The notes: generated by a model from the sequence alone, not told the origin. DNA of 64,000 bases from Candidatus Nomurabacteria bacterium (GCA_943359485.1 CALRHR010000002.1:24992-88991), one strand, 5' to 3'. Shown: positions 30,585 through 40,064, counted from the stretch's first letter. Made by a program: numbers and translations.

Positions 30585-31328
30585 ATGTCTAATTTCTACA
30601 TTGTGGCGACGCCAATAGGAAATATGGGGGACATCACACTCCGGGCAATTGAGACACTTAAAAATGTGGATTTAATTTTATGTGAAGATACCCGCCAGAC
30701 GAAAAAACTTTTAGATAAATATAATATTAATAAACTGACGATGAGCTATCCATCTGATGATGTAGCCGAGAAAAATTCTAGGCAGAGTAATAAATTAGAC
30801 AAAATTTTTGCATTTCTAGAAGAAGGGAAAGATTTAGCCCTAGTGTCAGACGCTGGCACACCGGGTATTTCTGATCCGGGGGCAATGCTCGTGTCAAAAA
30901 TTAAAGAAAGATTCGACCTCTCCCCCAGCCCCTCTCCGAATCTCGGAGAGGGTGGCCGAAGGCCGGGTGAGGTGAATGTGATTCCTATACCCGGCCCCTC
31001 TGCCGTAATCACCGCGCTGTCGGCTTCGGGATTACCAACGCATGAATTCACATTTCTTGGATTTTTGCCACACAAAAAGGGAAGGGAGACATTGTTTAAA
31101 GAAATTGCGCTAGCGAAAAGGACTTTTGCGTTTTACGAATCTCCGCACAGAATTTTAAAAACTTTAGAATCGCTCGTTAAATTCTGTCCAGAGAAAAAAG
31201 TCTGCCTTGCTCGCGAGCTTACGAAAATTTATGAAGAATTCAAAACTGGCTCACCCAGAGAGGTTTTGGAATATCTAGAAAAAAATAAAGAAAAACAAAG
31301 AGGGGAATTCACAGTTATTGTTTCATAG
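30585..31328 (+). CDS. rsmI: 16S rRNA (cytidine1402-2'-O)-methyltransferase
   Basis: YIVATPIGNMGDIT...LALVSDAGTPGISDPG...IPIPGPSAVITALSASGLP...FLGFLP matches RsmI throughout. It carries a ~19-aa in-frame insert (FDLSPSPSPNLGEGGRRPGE). Confidence 0.85.
   Translation: MSNFYIVATPIGNMGDITLRAIETLKNVDLILCEDTRQTKKLLDKYNINKLTMSYPSDDVAEKNSRQSNKLDKIFAFLEEGKDLALVSDAGTPGISDPGAMLVSKIKERFDLSPSPSPNLGEGGRRPGEVNVIPIPGPSAVITALSASGLPTHEFTFLGFLPHKKGRETLFKEIALAKRTFAFYESPHRILKTLESLVKFCPEKKVCLARELTKIYEEFKTGSPREVLEYLEKNKEKQRGEFTVIVS
30915..30977 (+). repeat. GC-rich palindromic mini-element, family A/B, inserted in frame in rsmI
   Basis: gacctctcccccagcccctctccgaatctcggagagggtggccgaaggccgggtgaggtgaat. It shares its 5' and 3' ends (gacctctcccc.a.cccctctcc ... 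ggtgaggtgaat) with 35195-35254 and has stem ctctcc/ggagag. Confidence 0.7.
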
Positions 31329-31333
31329 TATAA

Positions 31334-31657
31334 TTATTTCAACTTATGTTTCAAGCAAGTGATGATAGACCAGTCGAAGCCACCCCGCTCGGCGAGGTAT
31401 TTCATTTTATCCAGCGCCCAGATGCAATCGTCGAGTTCTTCATTACACGCCACATAAAGCTTTTTTGCTTCGCTTGCTAGTTTGTTGTAAGCATATCTAC
31501 CGTTATAAAATGCCTTCGGCATTTTTTCCCAGCCGTTCATTTTGTAGTAACAGTTGACTATTTCATGCACTGGATTTACGGCTTGTTTATGTTTTTTTAA
31601 GTTATCCAAATAGCCTTCAAAGGGATTTTTTAGAGTATCGTTTTCTTTTTGAGTCAT
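31334..31657 (-). CDS. Hypothetical protein (sole minus-strand gene in this neighbourhood)
   Basis: 107-aa ORF with Cys/Trp/Tyr-rich composition and no motif recognised. Confidence 0.35.
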   Translation of the reverse strand: MTQKENDTLKNPFEGYLDNLKKHKQAVNPVHEIVNCYYKMNGWEKMPKAFYNGRYAYNKLASEAKKLYVACNEELDDCIWALDKMKYLAERGGFDWSIITCLKHKLK

Positions 31658-31695
31658 ACTTTGATTTTAGCACAAATATAATATATTATGACCAT

Positions 31696-32709
31696 ATGGG
31701 TATTTTTACTAAAAAGCTAGGAATAGACCTGGGGACAGCCAATACCCTGGTCTTTTTTCCGGGTAAAGGGATTATCTTAAACGAGCCTTCGGTAGTAGCG
31801 GTTTCTGAACGAGACAATAAAATTCTAGCTATAGGTTTCGAAGCCAAGGATATGATAGGCAAAACTCCGGAATCTATAGTAACTTATTTGCCAATGAAAG
31901 ATGGAGTGATTGCGGATTATCGGGTGACAGAAGCGATGCTCCATTATTTTATAAACAAAGTCCTTGGAAGATTTAACTTTTTTAAACCAGATGTAATGAT
32001 TTCTGTGCCGGCGGGAGTAACGAGCACAGAGAGGCGAGCAGTGATAGAGGCGGCGATTCGCGCAGGTGCCAAGAATGCATTCGTTGTGAAAGAGCCAATT
32101 CTTGCAGCTATCGGTGCAGGAATTCCGATTTACGAATCAAAAGGACACATGGTTGTGGATATCGGTGGAGGTACGACAGATGTGGCAGTGATATCACTCG
32201 GAGGAATCGTTGCTTCGACTTCAGTAAAATGCGCCGGTAATAAAATAGATGCTGCAATAGCAGACTATATCAAAAAAACTTTCAACCTAGCCATCGGAGA
32301 CAGAACTGCCGAAGAAGTAAAAATAAAAATCGGCGCAGCAGTGCCACTAGAAGAAGAGCTCAGTGTTACTATAAAAGGAAGGGATTATATCCAAGGTTTA
32401 CCACGTTCAGCCAGAGTCTCGACAAATGAGATAGTAAAAGCTATCGATCCAGAACTTAGGCAAATAATCAAAGCTATCAAGGAAGTTCTACAAGAAACTC
32501 CGCCGGAGCTCGCTTCAGATATTATTGACCAAGGAATTATTATGACTGGTGGGTCATCACTCTTGCGGAATTTTCCTGATTTGGTTTACCGCAAAACCGG
32601 AGTGAAAGCGTCCCTAGCTGAAGATGCCCTATTTTGTGTCGCTAAAGGTACGGGGATAGCCTTAGAACACTTAGATGTCTACAAGAAGACTGTGCTCAGT
32701 AAAAAATAA
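31696..32709 (+). CDS. mreB: Rod-shape-determining actin homolog MreB
   Basis: LGIDLGTANTLVF (phosphate-1), DIGGGTTDVAVISLGG (phosphate-2), and an adenosine motif near the C-terminus. Confidence 0.9.
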   Translation: MGIFTKKLGIDLGTANTLVFFPGKGIILNEPSVVAVSERDNKILAIGFEAKDMIGKTPESIVTYLPMKDGVIADYRVTEAMLHYFINKVLGRFNFFKPDVMISVPAGVTSTERRAVIEAAIRAGAKNAFVVKEPILAAIGAGIPIYESKGHMVVDIGGGTTDVAVISLGGIVASTSVKCAGNKIDAAIADYIKKTFNLAIGDRTAEEVKIKIGAAVPLEEELSVTIKGRDYIQGLPRSARVSTNEIVKAIDPELRQIIKAIKEVLQETPPELASDIIDQGIIMTGGSSLLRNFPDLVYRKTGVKASLAEDALFCVAKGTGIALEHLDVYKKTVLSKK

Positions 32710-32724
32710 TAAATCAGGTCGTTA

Positions 32725-32780
32725 GGCACTAGGCTCTAGGAAACTAGTTAAAGCCTAAAGCCTAAAGCCTAAAGCCTATG
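32725..32780 (+). repeat. CTAG-rich intergenic element with (AGCCTAA)x4 array ending in the start codon of the holB-like gene
   Basis: ggcactaggctctaggaaactagttaaagcctaaagcctaaagcctaaagcctATG. Its core is identical to 29627-29660. Confidence 0.7.
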
Positions 32781-33500
32781 ATTTCAAAACATTTAGATAA
32801 AGATAACCTGCATCACGCCTACCTGATAGAGGGTGCGCGGGAAGAAATTTTACAGGAAGTTTTAGAATTTATTGAAAGCTTAGGAATACAGACTAACGCT
32901 AACCCAGATTTTCTCCATATTTCGTTTGATTCTTTTAAAGTCGATGATGCGCGTGAATTGAAATCTTTAGGAAAAGAAAAAGGTTTTTCTGTTGAAAAAA
33001 ATTCCAAGAAAATATTCATAATTTCTGCCAACAGTTTTCTCCTAGAAGCCCAAAATACTCTCTTAAAGATGTTTGAAGAGCCTATAGAGAACACGCACTT
33101 TTTTGTTATAGTCCCAGACAAGAATGCATTGCTGGACACTTTTGTTTCCAGATTTTATTTGATTTCTCATATATCTAAGATAGGTGAAGGGGTCAAAGAT
33201 GCGGAGAAGTTTATCGCTATGTCGTTGCGTAACAGAATTGATTTTATAAAAGAATTACTGGCTGAACCAGAAGAAGGGGAAGACGAGGGAGAAACTATTA
33301 TTTTGGATTCTACACGCTCAAAAGCTATAAAATTTTTAAATGAGCTTGAATCTATTTTACACCAAAAGTTTGTGTCAAAGACCGTCTTTGACACTAGTTT
33401 ATTTGAACACTTTTTTAAAGTTCGTGAATTCTTGCGTATGCCTGGTAGTTCGACCAAAACTTTAATGGAATCTGTGGCACTCATTATTCCTAATTTTTGA
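32778..33500 (+). CDS. holB: DNA polymerase III delta-prime-like clamp-loader subunit (short)
   Basis: HAYLIEGAREE mirrors the HolB HAYLF.G N-terminal motif. No Walker A (expected for delta prime); 240 aa. Confidence 0.5.
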   Translation: MISKHLDKDNLHHAYLIEGAREEILQEVLEFIESLGIQTNANPDFLHISFDSFKVDDARELKSLGKEKGFSVEKNSKKIFIISANSFLLEAQNTLLKMFEEPIENTHFFVIVPDKNALLDTFVSRFYLISHISKIGEGVKDAEKFIAMSLRNRIDFIKELLAEPEEGEDEGETIILDSTRSKAIKFLNELESILHQKFVSKTVFDTSLFEHFFKVREFLRMPGSSTKTLMESVALIIPNF

Positions 33501-33529
33501 AATTGATATTTTAATGTTATACTAAAACC

Positions 33530-34081
33530 ATGCAATACAATTTTACGACTTTCAAAACGGAATTAAAAAAGGTGGAGGAGTTTTTGGGCAAGGAATATAG
33601 GGAGCTCAATATCGGGCGGGCGTCACCCATGGTTTTGGATAGTATTTCTGTTGAATCATATGGGGCATGGGTGCCACTCAAAAATGTCGCCACGGTGTCC
33701 ATCGAAGATCCGAAGACTTTGCGTATTGCTCCCTGGGACAAGAGCCAAGTAAAAGAAATAGAGAAAGCTATTAATGTTGCAAATCTAGGGTTGTCAGTTG
33801 CGACTGACGACATGGGTATCAGAGTTATTTTTCCGCAGTTGACAACAGAGACCAGGCAAACCTTGGCAAAAGTTTTGAAAGAAAAATTAGAGGAATCGAG
33901 GATTACCGTGCGTCGCGAGCGGGAGAAAATTTCGAAAGATATAGAGGAAAAAGAAAAGTTAGGGGAGATGACGGAAGATGAAAAATTCCGTGCCAAGGAT
34001 GAACTACAAAAAATTATTGATGAAGTAAATAAAAACCTAGAAGCAAGTTTTGAAAAGAAAGAGAAGGAAGTAATGGGCTAA
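33530..34081 (+). CDS. frr: Ribosome recycling factor
   Basis: LNIGRASPMVLDSISVESYGAWVPLKNVATVSIEDPKTLRIAPWDKS...TTETRQTLAKVLK. Confidence 0.9.
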   Translation: MQYNFTTFKTELKKVEEFLGKEYRELNIGRASPMVLDSISVESYGAWVPLKNVATVSIEDPKTLRIAPWDKSQVKEIEKAINVANLGLSVATDDMGIRVIFPQLTTETRQTLAKVLKEKLEESRITVRREREKISKDIEEKEKLGEMTEDEKFRAKDELQKIIDEVNKNLEASFEKKEKEVMG

Positions 34082-34086
34082 AGTAA

Positions 34087-35196
34087 ATGAATATTTTAAT
34101 TTTTGTCATAATTTTATTGGTCTTAGTTTTAGTTCATGAGTTTGGGCATTTTTTTACTGCGAAAAAATTCGGTATTAGGGTGGATGAATTTGGTTTTGGT
34201 TTTCCACCAAAATTATTTGGCATAAAAAAAGGGGAGACCGAATACACATTCAACTTATTACCTATTGGGGGTTTTGTGAAGATTTTCGGTGAGAATCCTG
34301 ATGAAGAAAATACGAATGGGCCAGATAGTAAAAGAAGTTTTGTAAATAAACCAAAATGGAAACAAGCCATAGTTCTTTTTGCTGGAGTTTTCATGAATTT
34401 TATGTTGGCTTGGTTTTTATTTTCTATTGGTTTTATGTCTGGGCTTCCGACTTCAGTCGGTAGTGAACCATGGGGTTATGAGCTTTCTGATGTCAACACA
34501 GTAATAGTTTCTGTATTACCAGATTCTCCTGCTGAAAAAGCAGGATTAAAATCAGGAGATAAAATATTTTCTATGTATTATCCACATCAATCTATTGGTA
34601 TTTCTCCGGGTTCAACAAGTCCAGTTCTTATTAAGGATGCAATAATTAGAAATCCTAACCAAGAAATTGTAATTACATATATTCGTGGTAAAAATCAACT
34701 ATATAAAACAAAAGTAATTCCTGTAGTTAGTTCTACTAGTGGCAAACCCTCAATAGGCATAGCCATGGATCAAATAGGCACAGCCAAATTGCCATTTTTT
34801 ACAGCTTTTAAAGAAGGAATGGCTCTAACTCTATTTGTGACCAAAGGCACTGTGCTAGGGCTTTATGGGCTTATTCTAGATAGCATACAAGGCAAAGGTA
34901 GCTTTGATTCAGTCACGGGGCCTATCGGTATGGTGGGCATAGTGGGGGATGCGTATGAATTTGGTTTTGTGTATTTGCTCAGTTTTGCTGCCCTTATTTC
35001 TATCAACTTGGCAATTATAAATTTACTTCCATTCCCGGCGCTTGATGGTGGACGACTTTTTTTCCTGCTAATTGAAAAAATAAAAGGTTCACGGATGAAT
35101 CCAAAATTTACTAATATGGCAAACATGATCGGTTTTGTGTTACTTATAATTCTAATGCTGGTAGTTACTTATCACGATGTGGTGAAATTGTTTTGA
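34087..35196 (+). CDS. rseP: Site-2 zinc metalloprotease RseP
   Basis: HEFGHFFTAKKFG (HExxH), a PDZ segment (VSVLPDSPAEKAGLKSGDKI), and the C-terminal LPFPALDGG motif. Confidence 0.85.
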   Translation: MNILIFVIILLVLVLVHEFGHFFTAKKFGIRVDEFGFGFPPKLFGIKKGETEYTFNLLPIGGFVKIFGENPDEENTNGPDSKRSFVNKPKWKQAIVLFAGVFMNFMLAWFLFSIGFMSGLPTSVGSEPWGYELSDVNTVIVSVLPDSPAEKAGLKSGDKIFSMYYPHQSIGISPGSTSPVLIKDAIIRNPNQEIVITYIRGKNQLYKTKVIPVVSSTSGKPSIGIAMDQIGTAKLPFFTAFKEGMALTLFVTKGTVLGLYGLILDSIQGKGSFDSVTGPIGMVGIVGDAYEFGFVYLLSFAALISINLAIINLLPFPALDGGRLFFLLIEKIKGSRMNPKFTNMANMIGFVLLIILMLVVTYHDVVKLF

Positions 35197-35254
35197 CCTC
35201 TCCCCAACCCCTCTCCTTGACAAGGAGAGGGGGAAGAAAGGGGTGAGGTGAATT
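35195..35254 (+). repeat. GC-rich palindromic mini-element, family A/B, filling the rseP-M24 peptidase spacer exactly
   Basis: gacctctccccaacccctctccttgacaaggagagggggaagaaaggggtgaggtgaat. It starts inside the rseP stop codon and ends 3 nt before the next ATG. Confidence 0.7.
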
Positions 35255-35257
35255 AAT

Positions 35258-35995
35258 ATGCAAAAAGTAAAGCTAATTCACGAAATTCGTGCAGTTAAAA
35301 ACAAAAAGGAACTTGCGAATATTGTTCGTGCGCAGAGAATAAGTGAGAAAGTACTAAGATATATCATCGGAGAATTAAAGTCTGGCATTACTGAAATACA
35401 AATTGCTAATTTAATTAAAAAAAAGTATATCAGCCATGGCGTAAATGTGTTATCTTTTCCGCCGATAGTTTCTTTTGGCAAAAATACAGCTAATATTCAC
35501 CATGAGCCTTCAAAAACAAAATTAAAAAAGGGAGACATAATAATGTTTGATTTCGGCTGTACGGTGAACCACTATTGTTCAGATATGACCCGAACATATT
35601 TCTGGGGTGATCCCAATATAAAGCAGAAGAAAGTTTATTTAGCGACCTTAGAAGCCATGGACAGAGCAATAAAGAAAATAGAAAGTGGTGAACGACGAGC
35701 AAAAATTATAGATAAATCTGCCAGAAGTTTTCTTGCAAAAAAATACAAAAATAATTTTCAACATGGTTTAGGTCATGGGGTAGGTACAGTTATACACGAG
35801 TGGCCGAATTTCAAACCGAAAAGCGAGGATATTTTGCCGACTGGCTGTGTGATGACTGTTGAGCCGGGGATATACATAAAAGGATTCGGTGGCGTGAGGG
35901 TTGAAGACATGATATTGATTACCCAAAAAAGTTGTAAAAATCTGACTAAAATACCTAAAAACTTGCAAAAAATAATATTAAACCCTATAATATAA
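35258..35995 (+). CDS. M24-family metallopeptidase (methionine aminopeptidase / Xaa-Pro peptidase-like)
   Basis: Pita-bread fold motifs: D..G..NHY.SDMTRT, HGLGHGVGTVIHEWP, and EPGIY...GGVRVED. Confidence 0.7.
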   Translation: MQKVKLIHEIRAVKNKKELANIVRAQRISEKVLRYIIGELKSGITEIQIANLIKKKYISHGVNVLSFPPIVSFGKNTANIHHEPSKTKLKKGDIIMFDFGCTVNHYCSDMTRTYFWGDPNIKQKKVYLATLEAMDRAIKKIESGERRAKIIDKSARSFLAKKYKNNFQHGLGHGVGTVIHEWPNFKPKSEDILPTGCVMTVEPGIYIKGFGGVRVEDMILITQKSCKNLTKIPKNLQKIILNPII

Positions 35996-35997
35996 GG

Positions 35998-38448
35998 GTG
36001 AACAAAAAACAAAATTTTGCAAAAATGCCTAAAAAAAGTCAAATTAGCGTGGCAATATTGTGTGGCGGACCTTCACTCGAACGGGGAATCTCGTTAAATT
36101 CTGCACGCAGTGTTCTTGACCATCTAGGTAGTCAGGGGGTCGAGATTGTACCCATCTATTTTAATGAAAAAAGAACTCCCTATAAAATTTCAAATGCGCA
36201 ACTTTATTCAAACACCCCGTCTGATTTTGATTTTAAGTTAAAAAAAACTGGCAGAGAACTTTCGCAGTCCGCCCTCGTTAAAATTTTAAAAAGTGTAACA
36301 ATTGTTTTCCCTTGCATGCACGGCACATTTGGCGAGGATGGAGAGATTCAAAGTTTTTTAGAAAAACACGGTATTCCTTTTATTGGTTCAGGATCGCAAG
36401 CATGCAAGACGGCTTTTGATAAATTTAGAGCGAACGAATACATTCGCTCGCTTGGGTTTTATGCTCCGCAATCCATTGTACTCAAGATCACCGACACAGA
36501 AAAAGAGATTAGAAAAAAAGTTTATAGTTTTTGGAAAAACGAAAAGATAAAATGCGCTATAGTCAAGCCAGCTTCCGGGGGTTCAAGTATTGGTGTATTT
36601 TCTACAGGAAACATAGATGATAGTATAGACCGAATAAAAAGCCTATTCAGTAAACGCAGAGATACACGCGTGGTAGTGGAGCGTTTTGCGGAAGGAAAAG
36701 AGTTTACGGTAATTATTTTACAAAACAGACTTAATATGCCGGTGGCTATTTTACCCACTGAACAGGAAATGGATTATAGCAAACATCAATTCTTTGATTT
36801 CCGTAAAAAATACTTACCGACCCGTCAGGTTACCTATCATTGTCCACCTCGATTTCCAAACGAAATAATTGAAAAAATACAGATACAGGCCGAACAGCTT
36901 TTTTCTGTTTTTGGCATGACGGACTTTGCTCGTTTTGACGGATTTCTGATGCCCGATGGGAATATTTGGTTTTCAGATTTTAATCCAATTTCTGGCATGG
37001 AGCAGAACAGTTTTCTTTTTCAACAAGCATCTCGTATCGGCATGACCCATCAAGATATTTTGCGTTTTATAGTAAACAACGCCTGTTTACGCCGGGGTAT
37101 TCCGGTGGTATTAGAAAATTTATTTTTACACGAAAATTTAGACAAGAAAAGAAAACCACTGGCTGTGCTTTTCGGTGGGGAAACAGCGGAAAAGCAAGTC
37201 TCGCTCATGAGTGGCACAAACACCTGGCTTAAATTGCGTGGATCTCAAGTATATAAACCATTTCCATATCTTTTAGCAAAAAAAGATGAAATTTGGGAAC
37301 TTCCGTATTCTTACATTCTCAATCACACAGTTGAAGAAATAATAGAAAATGCAGAAAAAGCCCCAAGGGATATAAAAAGATTATTATTTTTACTTGAAAA
37401 GGTGAAAATGAGATTATTCTTAAAAGAATCTGATGCCACAGAAGACTTTTTTATGCCTAGAAAATACACCTTAAATAAAATCCTAGCAAAGCACCCCTTT
37501 ATATTCTTAGCCTTGCATGGTGGAATTGGTGAAGACGGGACAATACAGCGAATTTTGGAAAAAAATAAGATAAAATACAACGGCTCCGACAGCTCAACTT
37601 CCAAACTCTGTATGGACAAATGGTTAACTAATGAAATAATATCGCAGGCGAATTTAAGTGGAGTAAAAACTGCTCCGCATGTACTTCTGAAGGTAGAAGA
37701 TTTTTCTAAACTTTCTATGAGTAAAACACAAGAGGATTACTGGCAAATGCTTTTAGGAACACTCGGAGGAAAAACAGTTATTGCTAAACCTCGAGGTGAT
37801 GGATGTTCGGCTGGAGTGGTGCGACTTTTTAATAAAAAAGATTTAGCTACATATATTTGGTTTATAAAAAATAAATATTCTGTCGCTAAACCCGGTACTT
37901 TTACTAATCAAAATAATTTAATTCAAATGCCAGAAGGTGAGGTCATGGATATTATTTTTGAATCATTTATTGAAACAGATAAATTAAAAATCCATGGAGA
38001 TAAGATTGTGCACATTAGGAAGAGCGGTTTTCTGGAAATGACTGTGGGTGTAGTAGAAGAAAAAAATTCTGGCAATGGCAAAGGTCGCATAAAAGCATTA
38101 TCTCCCTCCATTACTGTGGCTGAAGATACAATACTGTCTGTTGAAGAAAAGTTTCAAGGAGGTACTGGTGTAAATATTACTCCGCCACCAGCTCACATTA
38201 TCTCGCGAAAAAACCTTAATAAAGTTAAAAAGTCTATTGAACTTGTGGCGGAAAAACTTAGAATTCGTGGTTACGCCAGAATTGATATTTTTACCCAAGT
38301 CAAAACTGGGAATATTATTGTAATTGAAATAAATACTCTACCGGCGCTTACTCCGTCAACCGTTATTTATCATCAGGCGTTAGCAGAAAAAGAACCAATT
38401 TTCCCTAAACAATTTATGGAATTAGTTGTAGAAAACAAAGAATCATAA
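35998..38448 (+). CDS. ddl: Tandem-duplicated D-alanine--D-alanine ligase (two Ddl-like ATP-grasp modules fused)
   Basis: Module 1: ISVAILCGGPSLERGISLNSARSV ... KPASGGSSIGVF. Module 2 (from about residue 390): LAVLFGGETAEKQVSLMSGTN ... KPRGDGCSAGVVRLF. Alanine racemase follows immediately. Confidence 0.65.
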   Translation: MNKKQNFAKMPKKSQISVAILCGGPSLERGISLNSARSVLDHLGSQGVEIVPIYFNEKRTPYKISNAQLYSNTPSDFDFKLKKTGRELSQSALVKILKSVTIVFPCMHGTFGEDGEIQSFLEKHGIPFIGSGSQACKTAFDKFRANEYIRSLGFYAPQSIVLKITDTEKEIRKKVYSFWKNEKIKCAIVKPASGGSSIGVFSTGNIDDSIDRIKSLFSKRRDTRVVVERFAEGKEFTVIILQNRLNMPVAILPTEQEMDYSKHQFFDFRKKYLPTRQVTYHCPPRFPNEIIEKIQIQAEQLFSVFGMTDFARFDGFLMPDGNIWFSDFNPISGMEQNSFLFQQASRIGMTHQDILRFIVNNACLRRGIPVVLENLFLHENLDKKRKPLAVLFGGETAEKQVSLMSGTNTWLKLRGSQVYKPFPYLLAKKDEIWELPYSYILNHTVEEIIENAEKAPRDIKRLLFLLEKVKMRLFLKESDATEDFFMPRKYTLNKILAKHPFIFLALHGGIGEDGTIQRILEKNKIKYNGSDSSTSKLCMDKWLTNEIISQANLSGVKTAPHVLLKVEDFSKLSMSKTQEDYWQMLLGTLGGKTVIAKPRGDGCSAGVVRLFNKKDLATYIWFIKNKYSVAKPGTFTNQNNLIQMPEGEVMDIIFESFIETDKLKIHGDKIVHIRKSGFLEMTVGVVEEKNSGNGKGRIKALSPSITVAEDTILSVEEKFQGGTGVNITPPPAHIISRKNLNKVKKSIELVAEKLRIRGYARIDIFTQVKTGNIIVIEINTLPALTPSTVIYHQALAEKEPIFPKQFMELVVENKES

Positions 38449-38449
38449 A

Positions 38450-39619
38450 ATGAAAAAAAGTACGCCGTTGTCTTTTATAGAATTATCCAAAACAAACCTC
38501 ATTTACAATATTAGACAATTTAAAAATTTAGCAAAAAAAGGAACAAAGTTTGGAGTAGCAATCAAAGGGAACGCTTATGGTCATGGACAAAACGAAATAG
38601 CAAAAATTCTAGAGCCTTTCGCTGATTATTTTTTTGTAGATGGCGTAGAGGAACTAGAATTATTACGCAAGGCAAGCAAGAAACAGGTGTTGCTTCTAGG
38701 GTTCGTGCAAAAAAAAGATTTAGAAAAAGCTATCAAGCTCGGTTGTATCCTGGGAGTTTTCTCTCTTGAATCCTTGAAAGAGATATCAGAAGTAGCAAAA
38801 AAATCACAAAGAAGACAAGAAGTGCATATTTCCATAGATGCATTTTTGGGTCGCGAAGGGTTTCTCTTCAATGAGTTAGTTGAATTATTCCTAAAAATAA
38901 AAAATACAGAATATATAAAACTTTCCGGAATTTACGCGCACTTTGCTAATATTGAGGACACTCAGTTGACGGAAAAATCATTTTGGCGTACAAAAAATTC
39001 TACACATGCGTACAAGCAAATCGATAGTTTCTCGCAAGCGGTTGAACTGGCAGAAAAATTCGGCTTCAATAATCTGCAAACCCACATCTCTTCTACTTCA
39101 GGATTTTTGGCTTATGAAAAAAAATTAGGGATTAACCCGATCATTCGGCTTGGTATTGGCATTTACGGCATGTGGCCCTCAAAATATCTGAGGTCAAGAT
39201 ATAGAAATAAAAAATTTAATTTAAAACCGGTTCTGTCCTGGAAAACAAAAGTTGCTCAAATTAAAATTTTACCAGAAGGTCATACCATCGGTTATGGACT
39301 TACCTATAGAACAACAACAGAAACAAAAATTGCTCTTATTCCACAAGGATACTCTGATGGTATTGATAGGGGATTTTCAAACAAGGGAGAGGTTTTGATT
39401 GCTGGCACTAGATGTAAAATTCTCGGTAGGGTTTCAATGAATATGTTTGTAGTTGATGTAAGTCATTTAAAAAATTTAAAACAAGAAGATGAAGTAGTAA
39501 TTTTGGGTAGGCAAGGCAGGATAGAAATTACAGCGGAAGAGATGGCAGATAGAATTGGTACAATAAATTATGAAATAACTACGCGTATTAGTCCACTACT
39601 GCCTCGAGTTTTTGTTTAA
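38450..39619 (+). CDS. alr: Alanine racemase
   Basis: The PLP-binding Lys motif VAIKGNAYGHG near the N-terminus and a C-terminal beta-domain (TKVAQIKILPEGHTIGYG). Confidence 0.85.
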   Translation: MKKSTPLSFIELSKTNLIYNIRQFKNLAKKGTKFGVAIKGNAYGHGQNEIAKILEPFADYFFVDGVEELELLRKASKKQVLLLGFVQKKDLEKAIKLGCILGVFSLESLKEISEVAKKSQRRQEVHISIDAFLGREGFLFNELVELFLKIKNTEYIKLSGIYAHFANIEDTQLTEKSFWRTKNSTHAYKQIDSFSQAVELAEKFGFNNLQTHISSTSGFLAYEKKLGINPIIRLGIGIYGMWPSKYLRSRYRNKKFNLKPVLSWKTKVAQIKILPEGHTIGYGLTYRTTTETKIALIPQGYSDGIDRGFSNKGEVLIAGTRCKILGRVSMNMFVVDVSHLKNLKQEDEVVILGRQGRIEITAEEMADRIGTINYEITTRISPLLPRVFV

Positions 39620-39724
39620 AAAATTTTATTCACAATTTCTACTATATTAAACATATACTTGAGATAGTAGAATAATAGATTGGGGGAATTTGCCTTTTTT
39701 GGGTTTTTAATGTAATATAAAAAT

Positions 39725-39883
39725 ATGTCACAAGATAGACTTATAAAACTTGCCTGTGCCACATGTAAGCGCATAAATTACTGGTCCAGCAAAAACAAGA
39801 AACTCGTCACTAAAAAGATCGAGCTAGAAAAATTCTGCAAATGGTGCAAGAAAGGAGTTAAGCACAAAGAGATTAAGAAATAG
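39725..39883 (+). CDS. rpmG: 50S ribosomal protein L33 (C4 zinc-ribbon type); absent from the ORF track because it is under 60 aa
   Basis: MSQDRLIKLACATCKRINYWSSKNKKLVTKKIELEKFCKWCKKGVKHKEIKK: two CxxC pairs and a TKNKK-like core typical of L33. tRNA-Trp follows, as in the conserved rpmG/tRNA-Trp neighbourhood. Confidence 0.8.
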   Translation: MSQDRLIKLACATCKRINYWSSKNKKLVTKKIELEKFCKWCKKGVKHKEIKK

Positions 39884-39949
39884 AATTTTTTGGTTTTTAT
39901 GCTATACTTAAAGACGGCTCAATGGTCGTTTTTTTGTTATAAAATTTAT

Positions 39950-40020
39950 GGGCGGTTAGTTAAGTGGTATAACTTCTCTCTCCAAAAGAGCGATCGGGGG
40001 TCCGATTCCCTCACCGCCCG
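39950..40020 (+). tRNA. tRNA-Trp (anticodon CCA)
   Basis: Hand fold: acceptor gggcggt/accgccc, D-stem gtta/taac, anticodon loop ctCCAaa, T-arm ggggg-tccgatt-ccctc, discriminator G. One mismatch at pair 27-43. Confidence 0.7.
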
Positions 40021-40064
40021 CAAAAGTGTAACTTTTCCACAAGAAGACATGCTACAATGTTTTC

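Noticed and set aside
35214-35222. TTGACA hexamer in the loop of GC-rich element B, as a -35 box
   Set aside because: No suitably spaced -10 hexamer follows before the ATG (a GC-rich tail intervenes). Treated as coincidence, though noted.
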